Of a stretch of DNA of 64,000 bases, positions 11,225-22,705 are shown one piece after another. The notes below the pieces were generated by a model that did not search any database, was not told the origin of the DNA, and saw only the letters and a program-made list of their open reading frames with translations. A program made the position numbers and the translations under genes. The stretch lies in NCBI GenBank assembly GCA_946965045.2, contig OX337230.1, positions 1,488,001 to 1,552,000 of the forward strand, read 5' to 3'. How positions within the stretch are numbered: the stretch's first letter is position 1; every line of letters begins with the position of its first letter. Source of the stretch: Epithemia pelagica (lineage: Eukaryota; Protista; Bacillariophyta).

Positions 11225-13867
11225 ATGGTATCTTTGGATGAAAAAGCCCAGACGATCTCGCAGTATTATAAAATGAGGGCTTCCGTTTTAAACGTAGGTT
11301 TGTATCGTTCAGGTTCGACTAGCCTCGCCACCGCTGCGGCCATCGGCGGATGGCGAGTCTACCGCGAATTTCCCTCGCTGTCAAAACAAACTCTCAGGCA
11401 CATCCTTTTGGACCCCACTGTCGCTGTCAAGGAATGGTGGTCAAGCAATGGCAAACACGAGATGCTCGATCTGGTCAAGACTTATGATCTTGTGGGGGAC
11501 GGGTTTGTTTCTTTGTTCCCATTCCTGCCTGTCGACGAGATCCAATCTTTCGTCAAGAATGCCATGAGAGAGGGAATCAAAATTATTTTTGTCGCAACTC
11601 AGCGTGGTCTAGAGCAGACGGTCTTGTCAGAACTTCATCACTGGGTTCGAGAAAACCTGGAAGAACGAACCGGATTGTCAGTCGAGAACCGATGCCTTCT
11701 AGAAGAGAATCTAAGAGTTAGAGCAGAGCGTCATCAAAGAAGACTGGAGACATTTCCCTGCGATCTGGTCATCCTGAAGCTTGAGGAGAAAAGTGAGTGG
11801 GCATACAGCCTCGAGCGACTCTTCGGTCAGGTTAAAGAAGAAACGAAACCGATCGACTGGAACAAAGCTCTACAACAGGCAGGCCATCAAAACAAGAACC
11901 CTCCTCGACCTGTGGAAGGAGTGCTCCTCACAATGCGTATCGGAAACGATAGTCAAGAGGCAAAACTCAAAATATCTCGCCTTCTGTCGAGTTTGAACCA
12001 GGACAAGCTGTGCCAATATCAATTGGTTTTCGGGGTCGACCATGATGAGGTCCATTTGGCAGAGAAAACCATTAAGCCCTTTGCCGTTGGTCGTGTTCAT
12101 GTAGATATCGTTACGAACGACAAGCGATCCGTGAATGACCCTTTTCCTATATGTCGAATATGGGATCACATGGCACGAAGAGCATTCGAACTTGGTTCTG
12201 ATTGGGTTGTTCTCCTAGGAGACGACGTCGATGTGAATTGTCCCTTCCACGGAAGAGCGTTCTATCGAGCATTCCTGGACATATCGCAAAACCGCGGGTT
12301 GCCGATGTGGTTCGGATGTCCATGGTGGAACGATGAAAGCTTCCCGGGGTTCCCCACTTTTCCTTGTGTTGGAAGAAAGCATTTTGAAATTTTTGGTTCC
12401 TTTATCCCAAAACATAGATCCGGGTCATTTGTCAACCAGGATTTGGATCCTTATCTGCAGCGGTTGTACTTGACATTCGGAGCAGCTCCTGTCGTTCAAG
12501 AGGCAAAACTCAGGAATCAAAAGGGCGGAGACGTTGATCCGCCTCGATACGATCCTATCTACGCACCCGGGTGGCGTAATTGGGTGGTTGACGATGTCAA
12601 ACCCATGCGCAAATTTATCGAGGCCGAGGGATTCGATCCTGCCAAGGTGATGTGCTCCATCGTCGATATCGTGGTACCTTCTTATCGCATCAACTTTAAG
12701 AACCTGGAAGCCATTTGCCGCCTATCAGTGCCCAGCTCCATGAGAACTTGTTTCATCATTATCGTAGACAATCCCAAACTCTTAAAAGAAAAAATGGGCA
12801 CAGAAAGCATCACTCAAGCTCAGCGCAAACTCGAGCAACATTTGGCTAAGGAAAGCGGAACATGCAATGTTCGAGTACGCTGCAACGAAACCAATCTCGG
12901 TGCATCCGCCAGTCGGAATAGAGGACTCGATGAGAGTGCTGCAGAATATGTCTTGTTTCTTGACGATGACATCATCCCGGATGACAATCTTTTAAGCGTT
13001 TATGGCGAGGAACTAAAAACATCTGACTACTCCACCGCAGGTCTGGTTGGCTTGACCTGGTTTCCGAGATCGGAAAATATCTCACTCCTTCATGCGGGTG
13101 TCCTCATGAGCTACCTGACCTTCATGTTCGAAATTGCTACAAGCAAGATGTATGCGTATCCCGCATGGGGAGTGACGGCGAATATTTTGGTCAAGCGCGT
13201 CCCAGAAGCTCGTTTTGACACAGCATACGCCAAAACAGGTGGAGGAGAAGACGTTGATTTCTGTCTCAGACTCAATGAAGCAACTGGTGGCAATCTTAGA
13301 TCCCTAGCGACGGCCAAAGTTGTTCATGAGTTCTGGCCGGGTGGCATGAAGGTGCTTCTTCCACACTTCTTCAATTGGGCTGTTGGTGACGGAGCGCTTT
13401 TCACGAGACACCCAAACCACACTTATTATTCATGGCCAAATGCGATTGAATTCTTCGCGGGTTGGTCACTCCTTCTCTTCTCGATCATCATTCTGTTTCC
13501 GTCTATGATGAAACTGAGTCTTGCAACTGCTGTTTCGGAGGCTCTCATTCTGTTCCTTGTGGATTTTCTGGTTGATGTTTCTGATCACCATGAGTTCACG
13601 CATCGGAAACGGCTTCTGGGGGCCTATTCTTTTTCTTCATCGTTCTATTTGGGAGCTCACATTCTTGGAAACTTTTATGTGATGGTATTGGAGAGTGGTC
13701 GACTCTACGGTCATTATAAGCGGGGAGAGCTCTTCAAGAACGTGACGCGTAGATTCGACTGGCACTGCGGAAGACTTGCTCATGCCCGCGAAGCCGTCAC
13801 TGGACGGGAGCTCCGCAAATTCATCCTGTTTTTGGTCGTTTCGATTGCGCTTGTCAGGTTTAATTAA
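11225..13867 (+). CDS. Multidomain membrane protein: sulfotransferase-like P-loop domain, GT-A-fold domain, GT2 glycosyltransferase and C-terminal TM helices (likely start ATG 11273)
   Basis: GLYRSGSTSL (5'-PSB-like), R-x7-S (TQRGLEQTVLS), VLLGDDV, IVVPSYR, NLGASASRNRG, VLFLDDD, GGEDVDF and a hydrophobic C-terminus. Confidence 0.8.
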   Translation: MVSLDEKAQTISQYYKMRASVLNVGLYRSGSTSLATAAAIGGWRVYREFPSLSKQTLRHILLDPTVAVKEWWSSNGKHEMLDLVKTYDLVGDGFVSLFPFLPVDEIQSFVKNAMREGIKIIFVATQRGLEQTVLSELHHWVRENLEERTGLSVENRCLLEENLRVRAERHQRRLETFPCDLVILKLEEKSEWAYSLERLFGQVKEETKPIDWNKALQQAGHQNKNPPRPVEGVLLTMRIGNDSQEAKLKISRLLSSLNQDKLCQYQLVFGVDHDEVHLAEKTIKPFAVGRVHVDIVTNDKRSVNDPFPICRIWDHMARRAFELGSDWVVLLGDDVDVNCPFHGRAFYRAFLDISQNRGLPMWFGCPWWNDESFPGFPTFPCVGRKHFEIFGSFIPKHRSGSFVNQDLDPYLQRLYLTFGAAPVVQEAKLRNQKGGDVDPPRYDPIYAPGWRNWVVDDVKPMRKFIEAEGFDPAKVMCSIVDIVVPSYRINFKNLEAICRLSVPSSMRTCFIIIVDNPKLLKEKMGTESITQAQRKLEQHLAKESGTCNVRVRCNETNLGASASRNRGLDESAAEYVLFLDDDIIPDDNLLSVYGEELKTSDYSTAGLVGLTWFPRSENISLLHAGVLMSYLTFMFEIATSKMYAYPAWGVTANILVKRVPEARFDTAYAKTGGGEDVDFCLRLNEATGGNLRSLATAKVVHEFWPGGMKVLLPHFFNWAVGDGALFTRHPNHTYYSWPNAIEFFAGWSLLLFSIIILFPSMMKLSLATAVSEALILFLVDFLVDVSDHHEFTHRKRLLGAYSFSSSFYLGAHILGNFYVMVLESGRLYGHYKRGELFKNVTRRFDWHCGRLAHAREAVTGRELRKFILFLVVSIALVRFN

Positions 13868-14378
13868 GAACATTTTGAATAAAAATGGAATGATGGACCG
13901 ATGCTCCTCTCTGGTTTTAACCCAATGCCAATATCCGGAAAACGCGAATTTGATGGCGAGTTAATTATGTGGCAGCAATATCAATATCATGTGGTAGCAA
14001 TATCCAAGAAATATAATCAGCGAGACAATTGTACGGCATATGTTTTCCCTCAACCTGTAGAGGAATGCTGCATATGTTTGGAAAGCTCGTACTTGAAGTT
14101 GATGACACGTTAAGTTTCGATGCTTTTATTCTCTCGATCCGTGTTCTTTCCTCTACGTATACACGGGATATGCCGAGCGATCAGTTGCATACAGCATCAC
14201 CACAGGGATCGCCAAAACCCACTAATTCGTTGGCTTCCATCATTACATGCAACATCTCAGTTCGTGATTGCATGTTAGTGGTTATGGATAGATAAGCGCG
14301 ATCGTCTGCTCATAACATAGTCCCGTCACCATCATCCCTCTTGAGCAGGTTTCGAAGGAGACACGAGTGAATGGGAGT

Positions 14379-16091
14379 TCAGCGATTGTTGTATTTGGAC
14401 GCTATTCCGTCTTGTCCCACAGTTGCTACCTGAACTTTCGTCTGTCCCGGCTGTATTTGCAATCCTTGATACTCTCGTTGTTTCAAAAACTCGGCTGCTG
14501 CACTCTTGTAGGTCGTCAAAACGCCCTGTCCTGGCATGGTCGACAAGTCTTTCTGCAACGCGTCTGTTTTGTTCCTTTCTGAACCTTTTTTTTGAACAAT
14601 GGACTCGTATCGTCCACTTACGGGATTAAAATAGGGGGTGTCATCTTCGCTGTCGTCGTCATCCCCGTTTTGTTGAATCTGTCCAACATCTCCTGCATAC
14701 TTGAGAAAGTCGTGAACATTCAAAGAATACTCGACCTGTCCCCATTCCGTCACCCCCAATGCCATACTGAGTTCGGCTGGGGTTATAATTGGTGTGGGGA
14801 ATTCTCTCTCATTGTCCAGCAAGGAATGTTCGGGAGCCGCCACCAAAACAAAGCATTCGATTTCGGCAAAATTGGCAAGTTTGGCAGGATTTATTTTCCC
14901 CACAGCAAATATGTACGATTTGCGATCTTCACTGCTCTCTTGAATCATTCTACTCAATGCCTGCACGACCGACCGTGTGGTTCGATCCGACAAGTTTGCC
15001 ACTAGAATCCCAAACACGAGTGCCATTTTGGCTTTTTGAACCATGTAAAATCGTCGATTTAGTTGACGTTGAAAATGCGGGGACAATTCATCTTGGAGTA
15101 ATCGAGTCTCCTTCGGTTTCCATACCCAGTAGTGCTCGGGAGTACCAGAATTGGTAGATGATAAGAAACGTAGAACAATGTTCATGAACGGCCGAGAAGA
15201 GTCGTCACAAACAAAGAGTAAGGTAAAAGGTGTTTCATTCAAGCCCTGGGGCAATTCCAATCCACCTGTGTAGAGGTTTGTATCATCTGTGGAAGCTCCC
15301 TCACCGTCTTGTTGTGCTGAGTCAGTTTCCAGACGCAAGACCGATGGAGACAGACAACATTGGTCTCCTTCTTTGCATGAAACTTCGTCGCTATTAACTT
15401 TTGGAACGCTTCGCGCGGATTCGGTTTGGTTCAGCACAGCTTTCGGTATCGTTCCACGAAGTACTTGAACGTTGGATTGTTCTTGCAATTTTTGAACAAA
15501 CAATGAAATTTCGGCGTGATACTGGACTTGGTATAACACAAGCAGTTTTGAAACTGCGTTCTTCTGAGCAGCTTGAAGAATTTCGGGGACCGCGCGATCG
15601 ATAACCATGTCCGCCTTTCCAAAGCTGTAAAGGACCGGCATATGGCATGTTACTAAGCAGGCATGTCCGTAATGGACAATGCAATCGGCCTCCAAATGAG
15701 CGGCAGCCACCTCATCTGGACAACCCGGTTGATCGCTGGTGTCACCGAGGGTGAAAACCAGGGTGCTGGGTGATAGAGAACTCTCAAATTCCCAGCACAC
15801 GTCGGGGGCATCCGCCAACAACTCGTCTGGAAATTGAAGAGCGATCCGATCTTTCCACGCTCTTGTCGTCGTTGTCCTGAGATGATTGATTTCCTCCACC
15901 AACCGGTCCACTTCGTAGTACTCACGAATGGAAGTTGATTCGTCACGCCTGGAAGCTTGATGATTGGATTGTGGCTGTTCCACCGCAGGATTCTCCATTA
16001 CTGCACGTGAGCCATCATCAAACGTTAGCTGAGGAGCGCTTCGACGATTCCTTTTACTTGTGTCGTCAACAGCAGCAGTATGTGTGCTCAT
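14379..16091 (-). CDS. DPH2: Diphthamide biosynthesis protein 2
   Basis: IALQFPDELL, VFTLGDTS, DEVAAAH, IVHYGHACL, GKINPAKLANFAEIECFVLVAAPE, PIITPAEL, GQDGIASKY. Confidence 0.92.
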   Translation of the reverse strand: MSTHTAAVDDTSKRNRRSAPQLTFDDGSRAVMENPAVEQPQSNHQASRRDESTSIREYYEVDRLVEEINHLRTTTTRAWKDRIALQFPDELLADAPDVCWEFESSLSPSTLVFTLGDTSDQPGCPDEVAAAHLEADCIVHYGHACLVTCHMPVLYSFGKADMVIDRAVPEILQAAQKNAVSKLLVLYQVQYHAEISLFVQKLQEQSNVQVLRGTIPKAVLNQTESARSVPKVNSDEVSCKEGDQCCLSPSVLRLETDSAQQDGEGASTDDTNLYTGGLELPQGLNETPFTLLFVCDDSSRPFMNIVLRFLSSTNSGTPEHYWVWKPKETRLLQDELSPHFQRQLNRRFYMVQKAKMALVFGILVANLSDRTTRSVVQALSRMIQESSEDRKSYIFAVGKINPAKLANFAEIECFVLVAAPEHSLLDNEREFPTPIITPAELSMALGVTEWGQVEYSLNVHDFLKYAGDVGQIQQNGDDDDSEDDTPYFNPVSGRYESIVQKKGSERNKTDALQKDLSTMPGQGVLTTYKSAAAEFLKQREYQGLQIQPGQTKVQVATVGQDGIASKYNNR

Positions 16092-16455
16092 GGTGTGGGT
16101 TTTCTATCTCATGGTGGTCGTCGAAACTGTTCTGCTCCATTAGAGTTAAAGTTCTCATTTTCTGGCCGACGGAAGACGGAAGGACAAAGGGAAGGGAAAA
16201 AATAAAATCTTCAAGGGAAATATTTAGTGGTATACGACGATGACCGCATAAAGTTTCTACTTGGCCGCTTTGACACTGGGTCTTTTGTGGGTCATTGACA
16301 CGAACAAAATGTCCCCAATCGAATTTCCCAAAGCTGTCCCGACCAATCTTCAGCGAGATCCTCACTTTTTGCAAGTCCAAAAGTACTTAGTTACACTCTA
16401 TTTCTCTTCTTGCGCAAAACAATCACACTCGCTGTGTTCGAACAAAACGCGAAAC

Positions 16456-17253
16456 ATGGCTCTTTTCTGGAAAGCAATTGTGGCATTGCTCGTCTGCCTC
16501 TGGGGTGGTGTGGAAGCTGTCGATGAGAATGTTGTAGCACCAGACAAATGTCCGTGTTTGTACGAGAGGGCAAATGAGGGGGAATGCCTTTCTTACAGCA
16601 GAAGTTCGAGTGGAAACCAATTGCAGGGATGGGAGGTTGCGAGTGACAATTGCTTGGACAGGCTAGGAATTCAAGAACGGATCCTTCCAAACGAGCTCTT
16701 TTGGTCGTTTTGTCCTTATCCCAATCGGACGAAAGTCCACTATGACGAAATTATTAGTTACCTGAAAGACAAGCCCGACGAACCCATTGCTAAGGAAATC
16801 ATGGCTCTGTTTGTCGATCGTGGTCTTTTCGCACCCTCTGGAACTTCGTACATACTCCCCGACCAAATGATTACCAGCAGGTCTGTGGTCATTGACTGCG
16901 TCAATTCTCCCAATTTGTGCTGGGCCCAAGTCCGGGTTGAAATGGAAGCACGCAAAAAGAAAATGAACGATCTCTGTAGGAATCTTCATGATCGCCAGAT
17001 TGAGGCATTGAAGCGGGAACAGGCGACAGCGCGTCTCAAGTTGTGTGACAGCGTCGAGGCAGCCTGCGAGCCCTTGGCTAGTAGCATCCAGGACGCCAAA
17101 CCATTTGGAAACGATTGCACTAATTTCGGTGTGATAATTGCGAAACAAGATTTGCCCAAGTGCGATAATGAAAATCTCAACCAATCCAGTGGGTTCACAA
17201 TCTCAGTGGTATTCCCTTCAGTCCTTGGATTGGTCTCCTTCTTTTTCATGTGA
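16456..17253 (+). CDS. Secreted cysteine-rich protein with C-terminal hydrophobic (TM or GPI-signal) tail, function unknown
   Basis: MALFWKAIVALLVCLWGGVEA signal-like start, many Cys, ends SSGFTISVVFPSVLGLVSFFFM. Confidence 0.7.
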   Translation: MALFWKAIVALLVCLWGGVEAVDENVVAPDKCPCLYERANEGECLSYSRSSSGNQLQGWEVASDNCLDRLGIQERILPNELFWSFCPYPNRTKVHYDEIISYLKDKPDEPIAKEIMALFVDRGLFAPSGTSYILPDQMITSRSVVIDCVNSPNLCWAQVRVEMEARKKKMNDLCRNLHDRQIEALKREQATARLKLCDSVEAACEPLASSIQDAKPFGNDCTNFGVIIAKQDLPKCDNENLNQSSGFTISVVFPSVLGLVSFFFM

Positions 17254-17547
17254 TGAGTGATGAATATCATCACATGCTTTCTTAGTTTGATTTTAGCAGA
17301 AAAACTGGTTTCCCTTATTCATGGAAAGACGCAAACGGTGATATATTTGCTTGAGTAGGAATGGTAATAGATTATTAGTATAAACGAAAACAAAATGATC
17401 TTTTAGGCCGAACACTTTTGCTGTCAAAGAACACAGCAAAGATCTACGTGCGTTACGGCTTACGGCAACAAATGAATTGACTGCGAACGTTGATGCAATG
17501 TCATTTGATGGAGAATTGAGTCACTTCCGAGACAGGAGATGACATGT

Positions 17548-18248
17548 CTACGCATCAGAATCCTGTTCCAACGGCTCATCTGCCGCTTCGTCAGACGTGT
17601 CATGTTTGTCGGGGTCGAATGCCCCATTGAGCGTAGCCGTAAATTGCAGTGGGTCACCCACCTTGTAGCCCTTGCTCATGACTTCTACGTCCTCCTTTAC
17701 TTCTACTTGTCCATCGCTTCCTTGGAGCTCTTTTAGACCATAGCTGTCCACAATCGCCTCAACCGTTTTGATGATTGACTCTTGGACAGAAAACTGAGTA
17801 ATTTGGGGCTGGGCATAAGGAGGAATTTGACCCTGTTTTTGTGATGTGTCAGAGAAACTTTACGAGCAGCAAAGACTAGCATTGATGCCAGATCATCAGT
17901 TCGGTCTCTTACCTTTCGAAACCCTGGAAAGTTCGCTTTCTTCGACGCATCCTTTAATATTTGCGTCCGGACTTCTTTGATCAGAGCTCCGTCGACCTCT
18001 GCAGTCATCCAGAACTCGTAAGGGGTTCCGAAGTCGCATTTCACATTTTTTAACTCCTCCATCTTCTTAACTCGACATCCCGGCATAGATACCATTGGCG
18101 TCAACTCCTCACCTCCTTCGGGCTCTTCCAGCAAGTCATATGAAAGCTGCAAACACGATGGCGTCCTCTGAATCCTAGTGTTGACAATAAATGCTTGACA
18201 TAGAGAAACCGACAGGACGACCCAAAGCAGAATCTTCATTGCGACCAT
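17548..18248 (-). CDS. Plastid-targeted trigger-factor ribosome-binding-domain-like protein (exons 18248-17913, 17832-17548)
   Basis: Signal peptide ending CQA-F (ASAFAP-like), KANFPGFRK|GQIP motif, 80-bp GTAAG...CAG intron at 17833-17912. Confidence 0.75.
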
Positions 18249-18431
18249 CTTGTCATGAAATTTGAGATTTCGCTTGGCGATTATCTGAATGCCGATGACG
18301 CCGTGTTAATGACATGGCAGATGGCGGAGGGAGAAGAGTGATGGGATATGGGATGCGACTGCATTCGCGGTTCGCGGTCGCATTCGTATTCTCACACGTA
18401 CGTGAAACGCTACCAAAAGCGAGGGCGAGTT

Positions 18432-18711
18432 TGAGTCACGCGTGATCGAATAATCGATGTGCATTCATACTCTACCTGCTCCTACTACCTCTAGGTACCT
18501 AGTACTCCTAGTACCTCTCTTCTAGACGTTGATACAAATTTCCAATCCTCACGGTGGTGGAGGCGCAGTGGTCTCAAATTGGCCTCCATCATGTCAACGT
18601 CTTCCCACAAATGAAACCGTCCCTCAGACCAAAGAAAGAGAAGATTACGGATGTTGCTCTTGAGATCGACGGCATACCGGGGAAGAGTCTGAGTCACGCG
18701 TGATCGAATAA
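18432..18711. repeat. Exact 22-bp direct repeat TGAGTCACGCGTGATCGAATAA (18432-18453, 18690-18711)
   Basis: Seen directly; contains palindrome TCACGCGTGA; lies in a divergent intergenic region. Confidence 0.85.
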
Positions 18712-18813
18712 ACGTTGTGCAAGGAGCGTGACTTAGTTTGAGCGAATTTTGAATGAGCTACTCGCAACAGCATGCAGTCTCTCTAGCTAGAGATAGAGGG
18801 CCTCACTCTCTTT

Positions 18814-18951
18814 TACTCCTCTCTACCTAGCTACTAGCTACTAGGTAGTAGCTAGTGCCTACTCCTAGCTAGCTAGTAGGAGTAGCTCCTAGCTCTAGTA
18901 GAGATAGGAGCTAGAGGAGTATCATTTTTTTTTGTATTACTCGTAGGAGTA
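18814..18951. repeat. CTAG/TAGGAGTA-rich nested palindromes
   Basis: TACTCCTCT (18814) pairs with AGAGGAGTA (18913-18921) and encloses three internal hairpins. Confidence 0.75.
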
Positions 18952-20023
18952 CAATACTCCTTCTGTTATGATAAATGTTGGTAGAACGCACTGTAAAAGT
19001 CGAACTTCTGGATGACGCACGATGACGATGCCCATAACATACTTACAGTTGGGGGAAGAGTTTGACGATAGCGGTCATCCGAAAATGTCGATGGGGTTAA
19101 GGCCTTACCAGATTCCATCTCATTGATTCACGAGTCGGTCATTGGATATATCAAAGATAATTTGTAGATCCTTTCACGCATGACCAATTCCATGTTGGGA
19201 GAAATCGGATTCCTTGCTTTCGATACTAAAATAAGACAGCCCCCAACAGCTTTTCCTTTCCTGTTGGGTGTGATGCCTTTGCGGCTTGGACGCCCACGGC
19301 TGACCACGGACTATGGAGATCGAAGATCGGTACAGTCTGCTAATACTCCCAATCATACTCGTATCGATATGTAAGAAGTAAGATCAAAAAAAAATACTGA
19401 AAGAGAAAGGAGTCGAGTAGTAGCCGCACCCGACCAGGAGTGAAGCTAGAGAGAGCCCCTCAAGCCTCAAGTCTTGCTTGGTAGTTTCCACTTGTCTTCT
19501 TGCGTATTACGAGTCTGACGTCTGACGAAGAGCTTTGAGGCTTGCTGTTCACAGTTCCTACCTAGTCTTGAGAGTTGAAAGTGTCAGCGTGACGCGTGAC
19601 AGAATGTAGATTTCGAAGAATCAGACATTGGATCGAGGCTATTATTTCGTCTCGTTCCATTCCCGCACCATTTATGGAAGAAACAATGAACGTGATGAGA
19701 CCCAGTCTCAATCAGTCACTATGTTGTCACGGATCGGATCTGCTCGTACGATTGTCTTCGAAGGGTCATTCGTCATTCCCAATACGAACTGGACCAATGT
19801 TCGTCGTTTCCTTGGCGCAGTTGAGCGCAATAAAATCTCTGCTCCCGGCACAGACACCAGTTTTTGCTACGGATAGGATTTGTTGTGGTCCCGACTCTGT
19901 AGAACAGGCCCAACAGGTTGGCAAGGGCATGGGCATCGGCCACCCACTAAAAGCGTTAACCGCCGTGATTCCGATGCACCGACACACATCTTCTCTTTGA
20001 TCTGGTTTTTACAAATTTGACCT

Positions 20024-20611
20024 TTGGACCACAGAACTGGATCACCACATAACAACATGGCTATCCAAGCAGCTTCTAAACAATTGAAAAAACAAGAAAA
20101 CATGCTTGATATTTGCAAACGAGTCAAGAGAAAGGCGGACGAAGCATTTTGGACGAGCGAGATAGACGTACGGCTGGTCAAAAGGCCCAAACATGAACAA
20201 GAACCAAGAATATGTAGAAAGAGAATGAGAAATGTCGACTTTAACGAATTGGCAAACAAGGTTCATTATCGAAGCTATGGAGAAGGAGATCTGGAACGTT
20301 CGTGGATCCAGCAAAGCGAATACAAGGAAATTAAAGAAGGAACCAAGAAGACTCTGCTTGCTATCAAGGAAGCTGGTGGAAAATTAAGCCATCTCGATGT
20401 GAAGAAACACTGCGTACGCGGTCTGGAAAACTCCGTTGCAACTTTATTATTTCGAGCTGATCGCCGTCCACACAAAAGAGTAATTCGCCGTGTTCTTAAA
20501 GTCCAACACTCACAAAGAGCCGATGCCTCTGCGATTAAGAAACTCTACGCCACACTATCCAGAAATTCGATACGTCGAGCCCTGGATCTTGCGAGAATAG
20601 ATGCCAGTTAA
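20024..20611 (+). CDS. Hypothetical protein, resembles a diatom-expanded family (first ATG 20057)
   Basis: 195-codon ORF with VHY..Y...SWIQQSEYKEIK...HCVRGLEN pattern. Confidence 0.6.
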   Translation: MDHRTGSPHNNMAIQAASKQLKKQENMLDICKRVKRKADEAFWTSEIDVRLVKRPKHEQEPRICRKRMRNVDFNELANKVHYRSYGEGDLERSWIQQSEYKEIKEGTKKTLLAIKEAGGKLSHLDVKKHCVRGLENSVATLLFRADRRPHKRVIRRVLKVQHSQRADASAIKKLYATLSRNSIRRALDLARIDAS

Positions 20612-21078
20612 GAAAGACAACACTTTTTGTTGTTGTGAATAGTGTAAACTAGTTGGAGACTATAGACCTACTGTGATTTCATGTTCATACTGTGTCGAAG
20701 TACAGGGAAGAAGTTCACCTTTCTGCAACAACAATCTATACACAGAACTATATCCACATCAGTTGACCCAAGGAACCTTCAAACGGTGCGGTGGTCGAAC
20801 TTCTATGAGTAAAGGCTAACAGCCACAATCACGTCGTGACTGCAAGATCCCAACTGAGAAAGTTGCGGTATTCGAAGAAGTCCTATCGCAGACTATGTCT
20901 CGATGGGGGTACCATCAGTCTTTGACTTTGGAACATATCTTTGCACGGACCTTTGGTCAGCGTATAGGTTGATGTAGTGCGTTCCTTTAAGACGACTGCT
21001 CATTGCGATGGATCGCTACTTCGGTACACTCAGGGTTCCACGAAAATAACCCATGGGCAGGTTCATGTAATCTGGTGT

Positions 21079-22395
21079 CTATAGAAGTTCTCCCACATTG
21101 CTGGGCATTTCTTCAATCTGCGTACTGTAAAAATGCTCAATGTCTCGTAGCTGCTGCATGTCTTCGTCCCGAACAAAATTAATGGCCACACCCTTTCGTC
21201 CAAACCGACCCGACCGTCCAATCCGATGAATGTACAATTCGCGGTTTGACGGAACATCGTAGCAAATCACCAAACTGACTTGCTGCACATCAATCCCTCG
21301 TCCCCACAAATCAGTGGCTATCAATACACGAGAAGAGCCTGACCGGAACTCTTCCATCACGGTGTCTCTTTGACTTTGTGCCATGTTTCCATGCATAGCC
21401 GATACTGTGAATCCACTATCCTTCATCTTCCCTGCCAACCAATCCACCTTTTGTTTCGAATTGCAAAAAATAACGGCTTGTGTAATGGTCAAAGTATCGT
21501 ACAAATCACACAGCGTATCAAACTTCCATTCTTCTTTTTCGACTGCTATGAAGAATTGTCGAATCCCTTCCAACGTAAGTTCATCTCGTCGAACAAGGAT
21601 ACGAACTGGATCATTCATGAACTTGTGTGTCATGTCAAGTACACTCCCCGGTAGAGTCGCACTCATGAGGACCACCTGTGTCGAAGCTGGTAGGTATCGG
21701 TAGATATCATATATTTGTTCCTTGAATCCACGGTCTAACATTTCATCCGCCTCATCCAAAATCATGGCCTTTAAGTTGGTTGTTGCCATGGCATTGCGAC
21801 GGATCAAGTCAAACACACGACCTGGAGTTCCAGAGACAATTTGCACTCCACCCCGTTCCATGGCCTTGATATCCAATCCCAAAGATTTTCCACCAATGCA
21901 AGCGTGGCAATTCACATTCATGAATTCACCCAGTGTCTGCACAACCTTTTGAGTTTGCTCAGCTAGCTCTCTGGTCGGACTTAGAATCAATACTTGTGGA
22001 TGCTGACTGTGTTTCTCATCCAACAGCTGCAAGGCTGATATGGAAAAGACAGCCGTCTTACCGGTCCCCGATTGTGATTGTGCAATCACATCACGACCAC
22101 GGACAATCGGCCGAATCGCGCGCTGCTGAATGGCACTAGGCTTCTCAAATCCATACGCGTAAATCCCCTTGAGCAAGTCTGGTTTCAACTGCATCGAATC
22201 AAAGGTGGGACAGGCTGCCGTGTCCTCCGCTGCCACATCCTTTTTGGAATGCTTCGAACTCCCCTTACCTCCTGCTTTATCGCCGACTCTACTGTTGTCA
22301 TAGGGATGTTCTTGACGCCTTTGGTGGCGTCGATGACTGTCTCGTTCGCTCTTTGGCATCGTCTCCCATTCACTTTGAATCCATCTGTCAACCAA
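21079..22395 (-). CDS. EIF4A3: DEAD-box helicase eIF4AIII (exon-junction-complex core)
   Basis: [65 protein letters not shown]. Likely ATG at 22359. Confidence 0.93.
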   Translation of the reverse strand: MVDRWIQSEWETMPKSERDSHRRHQRRQEHPYDNSRVGDKAGGKGSSKHSKKDVAAEDTAACPTFDSMQLKPDLLKGIYAYGFEKPSAIQQRAIRPIVRGRDVIAQSQSGTGKTAVFSISALQLLDEKHSQHPQVLILSPTRELAEQTQKVVQTLGEFMNVNCHACIGGKSLGLDIKAMERGGVQIVSGTPGRVFDLIRRNAMATTNLKAMILDEADEMLDRGFKEQIYDIYRYLPASTQVVLMSATLPGSVLDMTHKFMNDPVRILVRRDELTLEGIRQFFIAVEKEEWKFDTLCDLYDTLTITQAVIFCNSKQKVDWLAGKMKDSGFTVSAMHGNMAQSQRDTVMEEFRSGSSRVLIATDLWGRGIDVQQVSLVICYDVPSNRELYIHRIGRSGRFGRKGVAINFVRDEDMQQLRDIEHFYSTQIEEMPSNVGELL

Positions 22396-22705
22396 AAAAT
22401 GCTACTGCTCATGTCGGACGAACGACGGACGATGAAGAACGATGAAGAATATACAACCTATCTGTCAAAACTACACAAAATACATCATTATACTATACCT
22501 TTGTATGATTTGTGACCGCTGAGATCATATTTCATTCATTGATGCCATCACAATACTCCCTAGCGGTGGTAGTTTTGAGGGTTTAATTTCAGTGACTAGA
22601 CGAGATTAAACCCTCTTATCCACACCGCTAGGAGATGTTTATCACGTTGGCGGCATCTTTTGTGCGTATCGTCAAAAATCTTCTCTGGGGCGTTGGAAAG
22701 CAACA

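Noticed and set aside
11005-11241. 78-aa ORF as first exon of the glycosyltransferase gene
   Set aside because: No GT-AG pair found that joins it in frame, and the downstream ORF has a plausible start of its own at 11273.
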